Positions 26,680 to 39,481 of a DNA stretch of 64,000 bases are shown piece after piece; positions within the stretch are counted from its first letter, which is position 1; each line of letters begins with the position of its first letter. The stretch is from positions 56,544,001 to 56,608,000 of the forward strand of contig OZ024742.1 in the NCBI GenBank assembly GCA_964016885.1, given 5' to 3'. Position numbers and translations under genes: made by a program. Origin of the DNA: Eledone cirrhosa (lineage: Eukaryota). The notes under the pieces are model-generated. The model worked only from the letters and a program-made list of their open reading frames with translations, did no database searches and was not told the DNA's origin.

Positions 26680-27690
26680 AATCGGATAGACAGAAGTGGT
26701 ACTATGTGGGATCTACAGCCATCTCCTTCAAATCACGCCTTTATAGACATCGTTACTCGATAAAACATGAAAACCAGCGTTATGTAACAACACTCGCAGA
26801 CAAGGCTTGGCAGCTGCGTGAAAATAACCAACAATTTCACCTAAAATGGGATATAATAGCGGCTGCCCCTCCATATCCACACGGACCGGAATTTTGTAAA
26901 TTATGTAATTTGGAATTATTTTGTATTATGAAATCCAAAAACATTTTATTAAATAACAGAATAGAGCGATCGTTATACTGTAACCATCGCTTAAAATCTA
27001 CATTTTTATATTATAAATACTACCAGGATTGAACGCCTGTCTCTATCTCCGTTAGATTGACAAAATAGATATTAACATTCTCTATTAGTCTTAATTCTAT
27101 CAACTCTTCTATTATTTACCATTTAATATAAACTGCTATAGATAAAATGAGATTTCTGATTTCTTAATTCAATTCCCTAATGCATATACCAGCTGGCTAC
27201 TAGCATTGATGTTATTCAGTAGCAATCGAAATCTCCCCCAATTGACACTTTATAATTAATACTACTACACCAAATGACCAGCCCTGTCCACTGTCCAATT
27301 GGTCAAGTATAGATTAAAATTGGCACTCCCAAAAATTCTTATTTAGATAAAATAAACCATTTACTCATGGTATTCTCATTAGAAACCCTTTATATACTTG
27401 TTTAGCAGTAAATTGAATTACCATCTGTCATATACTATCCCCTCTCTTCTTCCTCTATTACTAATATAAATACTTCAATTTTTCTGATTTTATCCAATTT
27501 ATCCAAAATCTCTGAAGAAGTGACAACTGATTATGCATTTGCTATTGAATACTTGCTAACATTATATGATTACGCAAGCAGCGATACATAGGTATTCCGT
27601 CTGTTACAGAAACATATGTCAATACCTAATAAATTCCTTTTTAAAAAAAGCACTTTCATTTTATATTCATTTTATATTCATCTTTTCTAT
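26680..27690 (+). mobile_element. 3' fragment of a PLE (Hydra-clade-like GIY-YIG C-terminus to 27032) plus 3' region
   Basis: YYVGSTAISFKSRLYRH..TTLADKAWQL..LKWDII..CKLCNLE..LLN..CNHR; homologous to 53878-54261. Confidence 0.8.
27512..27620 (+). ncRNA. HHR core with a ~75-nt insertion in loop 2; helix I not recoverable
   Basis: CTGAAGA-A-GTGACA...TGTTAC-A-GAAA-CATATG-TC. Confidence 0.5.
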
Positions 27691-27851
27691 ATATCACACA
27701 CATCTCACACATCTTATACACACCACGCATCTCAACATACACCCACTTACATATCTCTCTCTCCACCAACGGACCTTGTTACCCGGAGATTTACCCATTT
27801 GCATTGTCGAGGCTTCCAAACAACTTATAAATATTTACTTATTGTTCCACA

Positions 27852-29747
27852 ATGCTTCAAGCAAACTTCAATACTCTCTTATCCCTACACCTGAGCCAGG
27901 AATTGTTTGCATCCGTAAGGGAACTGTTTAGACTGTCGGAGAAATGGGCCAACGCTGGCTGCCAAATTATTTTCCTGAAAGGCTGCCTAAAAAACGATGT
28001 CATCCCCAACACCATCAAGAACATCCGCTTACCAGTAAGCCTACGTACACCAGCCTTCCAAAACACCACTAACCGCATACATCGCACGTGTATTAAACAG
28101 ATCCTGAGACATCTCAACCGCCAATTACACTTCCATAAGCGGACACTCTCAGAGCGGACATATCGACTGCCAATAGCACCCGGAGACTTGCTCCTAAATA
28201 TCACTAAAGTAATCGACCAGTGCTACCACTCCAGAGTCCAATACGAGAAAAAACGACTCAAGCGAAAATATGAGTGGATCTTGTCGAAACGCCACAACGA
28301 GAACATTGACACTAACGAACAGACGGACCAGAACCACGTGGAAAACAACAACTTAACAACCGCCACCGCCGCTACCACCAACACCGAGCCATACCTCAAC
28401 GATGCGACGCACCTGGTCACCGACCTAACCGGCACTCTCACGAGCGACGAGCTGAAACTCCTACACCTCGGACCTAAGTTCATCGTCACACAACGTCTCG
28501 ACGACAGACTCAAACTCAACATCGAGGCCAACTTTTGTCGAGCCGCTTACCAACTTAAATGGGTGACCGCTATCAACAGCGCCACAGATAATAACAGTGC
28601 CGACACAACCCACCCCAAGTTCCCCACTTACCACCCCGACAACCCACTCCACCCCCCACCCACCAACCACGAACTCGACACCAAACTCAACAGGCTTAAA
28701 CACTCTATCTCGGATATACTTCACAAACACACACACACACGCACAACACATAACCTCACCAAATCTCAACTCACCACTCTCTCCAACCTAAAATCGAAGA
28801 ACCTCATCTATCTCCCCTCCGACAAGGGAAAAGAATTCTGCGTCATCAGCAGAGAGGCCTACAACACCCTGGCCCTCCAACACCTTGACGATGACAACCT
28901 CTACTCCAAGGTCACGGGAATCACTCCCGCGCAGATAGAAGAACACATCAACTCCGCCTGGACCAGCATCTGCGACCGGCGGAAGCTCCCGAAGAAGCTG
29001 AGATAAACCTCCTCACGAGGAACAGCAGACTACCCGCCTTCTACCACCACGTGAAAACACACAAACAGGGACCCGACCTGAAAATCAGGCCCATCGTATC
29101 GAGCGTGGAGGGACCACTCTACAAAATTTCATGGCTCCTAGCCAGAATACTCAAACCCATCTTAGACACCTTGCCGGGACACGTTAACAGCTCCGTGGAG
29201 GTGTTGAAGCGCCTGCATCAAATGGATCCCGACACCAGAAAGAATAACAGATATGCCTTCAGCCTTGATGTAGTCGCTCTCTACACCTCGGTCCCGGCAC
29301 TCCCGGCCGTCAATATACTGATGGAACGCGTCCAATCCACCGACCTACACTGCTTCGGGCCCCTCCCTGCGAAGCTGCCTCTCCAGAAAACCCGAAAAAT
29401 CTACTGACGCATTCTCCCTCAGAGATTGCCCGATACGCCATGCTAACTGTTGCCTACGCACATACGTCGTGTATAAGATAGAATGTGACAGGTGCAACCA
29501 ATACTACATAGGTAGCACAATTCGACCTTTGCACATCCGGATCAAGGAACACATTAAAACCAGGGCCTCGTCTTTCCGGAAACACATAGACAAATGCGGA
29601 AACAAAGACGGAAGGCCCATTGTCACAATTCTAGCGACTGAAAGAAACGTCGGCACGTTACGTATTAAGGAAGCGCTTCTTATCAAACAACTGCAACCGC
29701 AAATAAACAACCGATTAGAGAGAAGCGAAATGAAAAGGCTGGTTTAA
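27852..29747 (+). pseudogene. PLE RT/GIY-YIG polyprotein, frameshifted and lacking the catalytic YxDD region
   Basis: ORFs 27852-29006, 29051-~29360 and ~29361-29747. Confidence 0.9.
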
Positions 29748-30168
29748 GTTAACAAGCGATGCAACAACACACAACACACGCACACACACACACACACACG
29801 CAAACGAGACAACTACACACACACACACACACACGCACACACACACACAGTAGCATTCCACCATACGAACATACTACACTGCCAATACAGATGAACAAGG
29901 CAACAACACACGCACACACACACACACACTCAAGCGAGACAACAACACACGCACACACACACACAGTAACATTTAACAAACAGGCAGAGAATGGACTGAC
30001 AGCTAGCGCCATCCCACTCCCTCATTCGGCCGCTGACCTCTGTACGACCGACCCCATTTCACGCGCACGCGCGCTCAGCCGAATACCTCAGATATTCAAA
30101 TCAACAGACAGCGAAAGACGCGTTCCGAGTTGTCCGACAGACAACCTTTTCCCCCACCCCGGAAAAAA

Positions 30169-30204
30169 CCCCAGTTGATGGATGTGAATCCGAAATATAT
30201 AGGG
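30169..30204 (+). ncRNA. Minimal type-I HHR with variant core in the PLE 3' repeat region
   Basis: CCC-CAGTTGA-T-GGAT/gtga/ATCC-GAAA-TATA-TA-GGG. Confidence 0.65.
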
Positions 30205-31143
30205 ACTATTAAATCTCTCCCAAGGTAACTCTCTCTCTTGTGTTGTTATTATTATTTTTATTCTTTTACTCTTCCCTTCATTCTACACATCTCACACATC
30301 TTATACACACCACGCATCTCAACGTACACCCACTTACATATCTCTCTCTCCACCACCGGACCTTGTTACCCGGAGATTTACCCATTTGCATTGTCGAGGC
30401 TTCCAAACGACTTATAAATATTTACATATATATATATATATACTAAATAACCTTAAATCTAGCCTACTTAGAGACTGCAAATTCAGAAATGAACAGCATA
30501 AATCATTGAAACACACAAATATACCCCTACCCTCGGTCTTATATACACATAAGTCAAAACCAATATATCTAAACATCCATTCTCCTTTCAATAATACCCA
30601 TAAAAGATATTTTGATAATCTATATATGTATCATTGTTGTGAAATTTTCATATGTGTTTGTATGAATTATATTAAGTGAATTGGGAATAATATTTCACAA
30701 TTTAATATAATATGAATCTATTAGCCACTAACTATTTGTAATCGAATTCCAAATAAATATATAGAACTATTATTCAACAAACAGAAATGAAACATATTAT
30801 GTTTCTGAATACGCAAACTTGTCATTGATACCTGACTTAAAATATATCTCAAATACATAGATATATAAACTAATAGATAAACACACATACACTGACAAAC
30901 ATGATGCTGTAAATTTGCTAGTGTCTTTTTATATATTCTCATGTATAAATGAATGTCTGTATCTATGTATGTAAGTTTGAATGTATGTATGTATGAATGA
31001 ATGTATGTATATGCGTACGTATGTATATTTATATATGTATATGTGTGTGCGGGGTGAGGTGGGGCGGCGTACGTATGTTACTATAAATGAATACATCGAG
31101 CCTATTCATATACAGTGAATCTCACTTCCTCTCTTTCTCTCTC

Positions 31144-31208
<65 letters not shown>

Positions 31209-31469
31209 ACCGTATATATATATATATAATATATTTGTATTTAACTAGTGTAAATATTATCTCTTAATTAATAACTACCACAAAAAATTGTATGTGTATC
31301 TTTTAAAGTTCAATTTGTACAAACTGAACGATAATTATATTTGCCAGTTTGATGACTGCGATCTCTATTTAAGATGTCTATATTAAATAATAATTGCTTT
31401 TGAAAATTAAAGAGGAAAAGAAAAGAACACAAGCAAGCAAACCTAGTAGCTATCTCTTTCTCTCTCTCT

Positions 31470-31529
<60 letters not shown>

Positions 31530-31587
31530 CAATAAATATATTTATATATATATAGACATTAATATACGTATGAACATAGATACATAC

Positions 31588-31671
<84 letters not shown>

Positions 31672-32165
31672 TGATTTGTTAAAATAAATTATATAAAATG
31701 CACATAAAATCCTATACTCAATTAGTCGCTGTATATATTATTTTCTCCTTCTCTCTTTCTCTCCCTCTGTATTGTATATATATACATATATATATAGAGA
31801 GAGATAGATAGATAGAGAGGGAGAGAGAGAGAGAAAAGAGAGTGAGAGAGAGAGAAAGGGAGATGCATGAACATAAATATATAAATATTTTTTTGTGTCA
31901 GTCTGAATTAAAACATTAATATGATCTTGCGTATTAAGATGGATCTATTCAGTGTTTGATACTACAGTTGCCGTGCGACATTTTAATCTGTCATTGGTGT
32001 TAATGATATAGTTATTGAAATCCCAACCTCCTCTTATAATATGCTGTCTACATTGACCATCGTCTTTTTTATTGTTGTATATTTGTTTATATGTAATACA
32101 TGCGCAAACTAAGCACACAACACAACACACAAAAACAAAGGAGAGACAAAAAATAAAAAAACCTA

Positions 32166-32208
32166 GTCACTGAGGAGGTCACAGAACGTGTGACGAAAGA
32201 GTTTTGAC
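32166..32208 (+). ncRNA. Minimal type-I HHR, canonical core, with no adjacent ORF
   Basis: GTCA-CTGAGGA-G-GTCACA/gaacg/TGTGAC-GAAA-GAGT-TT-TGAC. Confidence 0.72.
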
Positions 32209-32674
32209 AATATATAAACAACCTTCCGGTTATCGAACCAACCAGCCAACCGGAAATTTATAATAAGTGTACATAGTTTCACATATATGAACGCAGAACT
32301 GTTTGAGAAGTTCGTTTCTCAATCAGTAGATCTCGGTTTCTATCCCACTCGTTCGCATTTTAGGGATATCTCATCATGCTTTAGATTAAAATGATAGCGT
32401 AGATCCCAAATACTCACCCGATCGTATGAAATGATAAAACAATTGGAGACTCACAACAATATTATGAATCTATTAAAGTCTATATAATTTCAAATATAGC
32501 ACAGCCAAATATATACATAGAAATGCACTCTAAACTCTCTAAACATGAATACCATTAAAACGGGATAACGCGGAGGAAAGACTATTTTTTTTTTGTTTCA
32601 TTAACTTTCCTTCTGATTCAATCTTACAAAGAAAAAATTGCTTAAAGGCTGGATTCGTTTTTTGTACTGTCGAT

Positions 32675-32790
32675 GATGTTGTTGTTGTTGTTGGTGTTGT
32701 TGTAGTTGTTGTTGTTTTTGTTGTTGTTGTTGTTGTTGTTCTTCTTCTTCTTCTTCTTCTTCTTCTTCTTCTTCTTCTTCTTCTTCTTCT
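32675..32790. repeat. (GTT)n/(CTT)n microsatellite
   Basis: Direct reading. Confidence 0.97.
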
Positions 32791-33637
32791 TTATTATCAT
32801 TATAATGAGGACGCTTTGGGTATCGTTCATTTACGTTCTTAGCTGAAATTGCGTTCCCGTCGAAACTGTCTTTCACGGCCATTTCAATGTTATAATTAAA
32901 AGGTATTTCTCACGGACTCAATGGAATCTACAATACACTTACTTATAAAAATGTGTGGGTCTTGTACTAATGCAATCATTTGTTATTGACTGCAAGGTTG
33001 ACTGTTTCACTCTCATATCTATTAAAAATATAGTTTCATATTTTCGGAAATGTACTTTCGAGGTTGTTTGTGTTTATAAGTAGTTCGGGTGTCTGACGAA
33101 CTGTCTGATTCCTAGAGTATACATTCTCTACAACAGTGAGGTCGTGCGTTACTTTGTAGAGAGGGTGGCCCAATAAGTCTGGTTTTGGTGTATTAATAAT
33201 TTTGGGTCAAAACAAAGAATTCGATAGAGTCAATCAAGTAATAGTCCACAGGGCGTTTGATCTCGTTTTCACAGACTGAAACGTTTTAAAAAACAGTGGC
33301 ATCTACTAAGTGTTTAGATTAAAGGACTACGTATGAGAAAATGTATTTATATTTCATAAACACAGACTGCAACTCATGTACATGTTTTTTTATCTTCATT
33401 ACTGAATAGGATATATTTATTTATTCGAAGATGGTGGTAAGTTGACAGTAAATTTAAATCATACAAATGCATACACATGTGGTATTATTCAATAAAATAG
33501 AAATATTTAAAATTCATGAATGCATAGAAAAATGGACGTACAATGATGGTGACAAAGATAGTGACGTGTTTTACGGCGAGAAAAACGAAGACAATGTTTG
33601 AGGCATATATCTTTTGGCAAGATATATTGGATTTAAT

Positions 33638-34022
33638 AATTGTTTCTACTTTAGGCACAAGGCCAGCAAATTACCCAGTACATTACTGGTACTTTATTTT
33701 ATCGACCCCGTAAGGATGAAAGGCAAAGTGAACCTCGGCTGGATTTGAATTCAGATCATAAAGGGCCGTAACTCTATGCTGCAAAGCATGGAGTCAGACC
33801 CTCTACCGATACTGCCAATACGCCACCCTTATATATATTAGAGTTAATAATAATAAGAAGAATAATAACAATAATAATAATAATTGTTTCTAAAGTAGGC
33901 ATAAGGCATGGAATTCGAATGGAAGGGAAAAGTCAATTAAATCGACCCAGTGCATTACTGGTACTTTATTTGATCGACCTCGTAAGGAAGAAAAGCAAAG
34001 CTAACGTCGGCGGGATTTGAAC
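33638..34022 (-). mobile_element. Two tRNA/Nin SINEs (33638-33830 full; 33883-34022 truncated)
   Basis: Reverse complement of the family consensus. Confidence 0.88.
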
Positions 34023-34785
34023 GTCATAGGAAAAAAATCCATGTCTCACAGTCAACGAGTACTGAAAGACAAGGAACATAGACGTGGGACTATAAAGTCT
34101 CTGAACCGAGGAAATAGAGATGTTGTGGGCAGTTAGTATGGGCAAGTCAACCAGTCTGCACCACCACCCATGTGTCTATGTAATGGAAAACGGCGCGAAA
34201 TGATAAGGAAGAAACATGTTTGAAACGAGAATCGAAAATGCATAATGGAGTCGATATGCCTAGGGCTTAGGAGAAAGGACAAAACACGTAGGATACAAAG
34301 TAGCAACTGAGAACAATATAACAAGCTGGGGCGTCTTTATGTTTTGTCTATAAATGGAACATTCCATTATCTTTATATAATTAGAGCCGATCGAATAAAA
34401 TGCTATCTCGAAAACTAAGTAAACGAGAATCTGATTTAATTAATGCGCGGCTTTCTACTAATTAAAAAAAGTAGTGTAATGAGACTATGGAAACTAAGAG
34501 AATGTATACTACTTTCTCATCAAACTGATATACACAGAAACAAATATACATTTCAAATGAAATTATATATATATATATATATATACACACATGCACACAG
34601 CTAACAACATGAAGTGTAAAAGTATCTTATGTTTCCATTTCTTTAATTTCGCTTTTATCATGAAACCAATTTGTAGTAAACAGACACACACATGCGCGCA
34701 CACACACATAGGCACAGACACATGCACACGCACATATGCGCACACACACATATATATATATATATACATATATACATATTTATAT

Positions 34786-34851
<66 letters not shown>

Positions 34852-34859
34852 GTGTGTAT

Positions 34860-34893
<34 letters not shown>

Positions 34894-34933
34894 TGTAGAT
34901 ATATACGTACATATATGTATGCATGTATTTGTG

Positions 34934-34972
<39 letters not shown>

Positions 34973-35479
34973 ATACATGTACACAACCACATTCTGGGGC
35001 TTAATACAAAAGACACGAGAATTCGATTTTTTTTTTAAATGTGAAATGTCATTAACTTAACGAAAATAGAAAATAAAATCAAACAAGATACACAAATAAA
35101 TGAATAAATAAAGATATAGCTAAAATAAACTAACCTAGCATTTCAACCATTTACAATCAGTCTTTTAATGAAAAGTGTGTGTGATTACTTTATTTCTAAT
35201 CAATATAGTAAATTTAAAATATCTATTTACACTTTTTTACTGTCACCATTATCAAACGTAAACTAGAATACAGAGAAGGAGAAAAAAATATATTACTTAT
35301 CTCGTTTCAATAAATATTTTTTGCTATTTCCTTTTTGTCTATATATTTCGTTACGTTTCTTCCCCCCAAGTAATGAAATGTATGTTGCTATTATAGTTTT
35401 CGAAAGATACATATGCACTAAACACATACATACATTAACACGCGCATGTACGCACACAGCCAGATAGAGGGACAGGCAT

Positions 35480-35534
<55 letters not shown>

Positions 35535-35797
35535 GATATATATGTACATATATATTTATATATGTATGCAAATATATCCATATATATATACATATATATA
35601 ATATATGTATATATATATATATATATTATACATATATATATTATACATATATATAGTATACATATATATACACGCACACACACACACACACATATATATA
35701 TTGATATATATATAAATACATATGTATATATATATTTATTAAGTCAGGAAACACTGATATAGGATATACTTTTTCTGCCAGATTTGTCTATGTTACT

Positions 35798-35860
<63 letters not shown>

Positions 35861-36334
35861 TGTATGTAGAACAAGTATGGAAGAAAAAGTGCACAATCCC
35901 TGACGATGATGCTATTACTTATTTAATGTTGACACTGTCTTTGGTCATGACTAAGTAGCTCACGTATATCGACTCTGAAGCACATCGAAAGTTCATGCGT
36001 GCACGCACACAAATATATATATATACACAAATATATATATATATACGCACACCCTCACATGCACACATCACAATCCTCATCTCTCATACAAAGGTATACA
36101 TATAAGCTGATGAATATATCCATATATATATATTGAGTATATGTTGGTTGTTTTACCGACACCTCAGTATGCAGATTGGAGCACTCGACGAAGTACGCAG
36201 GTTAGTTTGTTTACTCCGGAGTAATGTAACATAATTAAGTCAAATATGTAAAATTTGGCTTCGTTTATTATAAATTATAGATATAGATTTTATATGTATA
36301 TATATATAATATAGTAATATAACTGTGAAGACTA

Positions 36335-36680
36335 AAATCCAAAGACTGGGTGGCGATAAGCGATCCTGTGGGTCTATATATAATATATACATTCAAGACT
36401 CTATTTACATGCATTTACTGGTGCCTATACCGCAACAGTGGGCTTTTCGTACAACACAAAGTGAACCCCACAATCACCAATTGGTTTAGAAGAAACCTCT
36501 TCGCATTCTTTAATTACAATATATTCCAACATTACAAGAGCACATTTCCTAGATGACCCCTTAGATTTAGCCACCTCCCTTTACTAACCAAATGAGTCCC
36601 TAAAATACATTAACATACATTCCAATCACCCGACAAGCATAGCAAAAAACTTGGTTAGAGTCTCTCAACGTAGCAATGTC
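36335..36680 (+). pseudogene. Highly decayed PLE RT fragment (same group as 53083-53409)
   Basis: AISDPVGLYIIYTF..CLYRNSGLF..RRNLFAFF aligns to AEVTDIIGLFLL..GLYRDDGLL..RKQPINFF; PNESLKYINIHSNHPTSIAKNLV aligns to PNDNLHYIHRRSNHPRNITNNLV. Confidence 0.75.
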
Positions 36681-37024
36681 CATACTAATAGCTAGAAAAG
36701 TTTGAATCTTACTCCAGAACCATTTAACTAAACAGCACAAGTATTACACTTTTCTCAATAAAAAAACTATTAGGCTTTCATACTCCACCATACCTTCCTT
36801 AATAAGAAACATCGCTAACATAAATATTTCAAAAATAAATAAATATATTTATATATGTGATGAATTTACCGAAGCATTGAGGAAATTTGAAACTTGAAAA
36901 TATATGTGTTTTCTCTTCTCGGGAAGCCGCTACTATGCAGATAACTATAAAGGAGTGGACTATCAACTATTTACCTTTTTGGTTTGTGCCAACTCTTTCT
37001 CAATCCCTTCCTCTTTATGTATAT

Positions 37025-37100
<76 letters not shown>

Positions 37101-37119
37101 TGTGTGTGAATGTATATAT

Positions 37120-37652
37120 GTCAGGTCGCTCTTCAGCGCTACTGTCCATGGTGTGGTCGTCGGTGACTATACCGGCAACCTCACCAAGCTTGGTTGGCGA
37201 AGTGGGGCATTTTGGACACCTTGCGTGATGAAAAACAAAGCCCGTCGAAGGGTGGAGGAACTCAGGAGAGTCAACGGCAATCCAATAAAGCTTCTATTTT
37301 TTTTCTTTTTGGAGCGAGAGACCCCCTAGTTTTCATTAAGACATCGCTCTAGGAGAAGGCCACTCAGATATAAAACTTCCGACTTCATTTGCATGCAATG
37401 ATGTAGATCAGTTCTTTTTTTTGGCGGGGAAAATGCATTTGATGTTCAGAGAGTAGGATTGGCCCCGTACAAAGCCTTTCCTCAGTTAAAAAAGCTTCAA
37501 GCACAGGCATCGCTTGATATGTGACATATTTTTGCCATGCTGGTGTTGCTGATCATAGGCAAGTCCCTAGCAGAACTAAAAAAACACATCGATGATGCTC
37601 ATGCTTAGGTATCAAGCGATGGCATTACTCGAAATTGAGTTGCAGCCATCAT
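37120..37652 (+). mobile_element. Divergent relative of the bipartite RTE-derived element
   Basis: Colinear blocks GGTCGTCGGTGACTA, TTTGGACA, CTAGGAGAAGG, AAAAGCTTCAAGCACAGGCAT and end ACTCGAAATTGAGTTGCAGCCATCAT. Confidence 0.75.
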
Positions 37653-37660
37653 ATATGTTT

Positions 37661-37711
<51 letters not shown>

Positions 37712-38204
37712 CATATATATATATATATATGTGTGTGTGTAAAATGGTATATATATATGTGTGTGTGTATGTATGAATGTATATATGAATGTATGTACGC
37801 ATATATTCCTTCTAATGTCTTCCTATTTGCCTTGTCTATATCCCACAAACCCTCACAGACTCGCTTTCTTCTCCACATTGGTCTCTGTACTCATAGCAAT
37901 AACATAGTGTTGGTCGTTTCCCGAGACATTCTATAATTTATCGACGTATGACATTTATTTAGTAGGTGTAAACCTTCATTCCAGTAAATATAAATTACGA
38001 TTACGGTCATCAAAGTTTTACGTTGCCTCCAAGCCTGTAATTTAAAGACGATTATTCATTCATTCTGAGAAAGAATTCGATTTTATATATGTAATATAAT
38101 ATATAATTACATTGTCATTTTACGCCTGTAGAAAAATTAATACATTAATATATATATATATACCTAAAGAATGTATATGGGGCAGGTCAATAATTCATGA
38201 GAGG

Positions 38205-38505
38205 CAACAGAGTATCAAAATATGTTGATCTACTTTAACATTGCATTAGGCGGTATGTCAGAATAACGTGATCTATTTTAACATTATGTTAGACGGAATA
38301 TCAGACTACGTTGATCTACATTCACACTGTGTAAGCAGAATACGTTGATATAGTTTAATAGATTTTTTTTGACGGAATAGCAGAATATGTTGATATAATT
38401 TATCATTTTTTAAGATGGAATAGCAGAATACGTTGATTTGCTGTAACTCCGTGTAAGATGGAATAACAGAATACGGTGATATACTTTATGACAATGTTAG
38501 ACTTT
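38205..38505. repeat. Diverged ~43-bp minisatellite, about 7 units
   Basis: GGAATA.CAGAATACGTTGAT recurs with spacings 43,43,34,45,43,43. Confidence 0.85.
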
Positions 38506-38704
38506 ATATCAGTCAGAACAGAGGTGTTCTTTAAAATTTTACTTGCAATGGATATTTAACGTGAAGATGCTACCATCGGTAAATTCGGAATAAAAGATGA
38601 TATACAGATACACATTCAAATATACACCTACACACACATATGTATATACACACACACACATACAAACGCACACTCATACACAAACACGAATATATATATA
38701 TATG

Positions 38705-38745
<41 letters not shown>

Positions 38746-38880
38746 AAGATTGAAAGAGGGAGCGAGAAAGAGAGGAAGAGCGAGAGAGGGAGATAGAGAG
38801 ACAGATATATACATATTTATGTCTATGTGTTTGTGTGCGTTCGTGGGTTTTTAGTATGTATGTATGTATGTATGTATATA

Positions 38881-39163
38881 TGGTAAATATCATCTTGGTT
38901 AAGAGACTGGGACTGGCTTTGTGCAGTGCTTTTGCTCACTATAAAAGCTTCACGGCACAGGCATTGCTTTATATCTGGAGATCTCTCTGCACTTGTCGTC
39001 ACATGGTACCATGGGCCCAGCACTATGTGTCAATAATTGTCACAAGTGTAGTGTGTGTCGCTGGCTGGACTAAAAAGTCACACTCGTTCAGCGCATCGGT
39101 AGGGGTTCTCCTACATGGATATAAAGTAGTGGCCGTACTCGAAAACGAGTTGGCAGCCATCAT
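38881..39163 (+). mobile_element. 5'-truncated copy of the bipartite RTE-derived element
   Basis: Matches 23677-23975, with a small deletion in the zinc-finger codons. Confidence 0.85.
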
Positions 39164-39168
39164 GTATG

Positions 39169-39229
<61 letters not shown>

Positions 39230-39323
39230 ACACACATACACATATATGTATATTTATATATGCGCGTATATATGTTCGTCCATGCGTATGTTATACTATC
39301 TTAATGACTATGTTCTTGAGCTG

Positions 39324-39481
39324 GGAGGAGGAGGAGGAGGAGGAGGAGGAGGAGAAGGAGAAGAAGAAGAAGAAGAAGAAGAAGAAGAAGAAGAAGAAGA
39401 AGAAGAAGAAGAAGAAGAAGAAGAAGAAGAAGAAGAAGAAGAAGAAGAAGAAGAAGAAGAAGAAGAAGAAGAAGAAGAAGA
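39324..39481. repeat. (GGA)n/(GAA)n polypurine microsatellite
   Basis: Direct reading. Confidence 0.97.

Larger units (their letters stand above)
27697..30427 (+). mobile_element. Internally deleted Penelope-like element with ~140-bp terminal direct repeats
   Basis: 27697-27840 matches 30285-30427; ORF LGPKF..NLTKSQ..LPSDKGKEFCVI, frameshift about 29003, KTHK..IRPIVS..FSLDVVALYTSVP; RT core deleted at about 29360; VVYKIECDRCNQYYIGST (to 29747). Confidence 0.93.

Noticed and set aside
38205-38505. CRISPR-like repeat/spacer pattern
   Set aside because: Spacers are mutually homologous, repeats are degenerate, there are no cas genes and the context is eukaryotic
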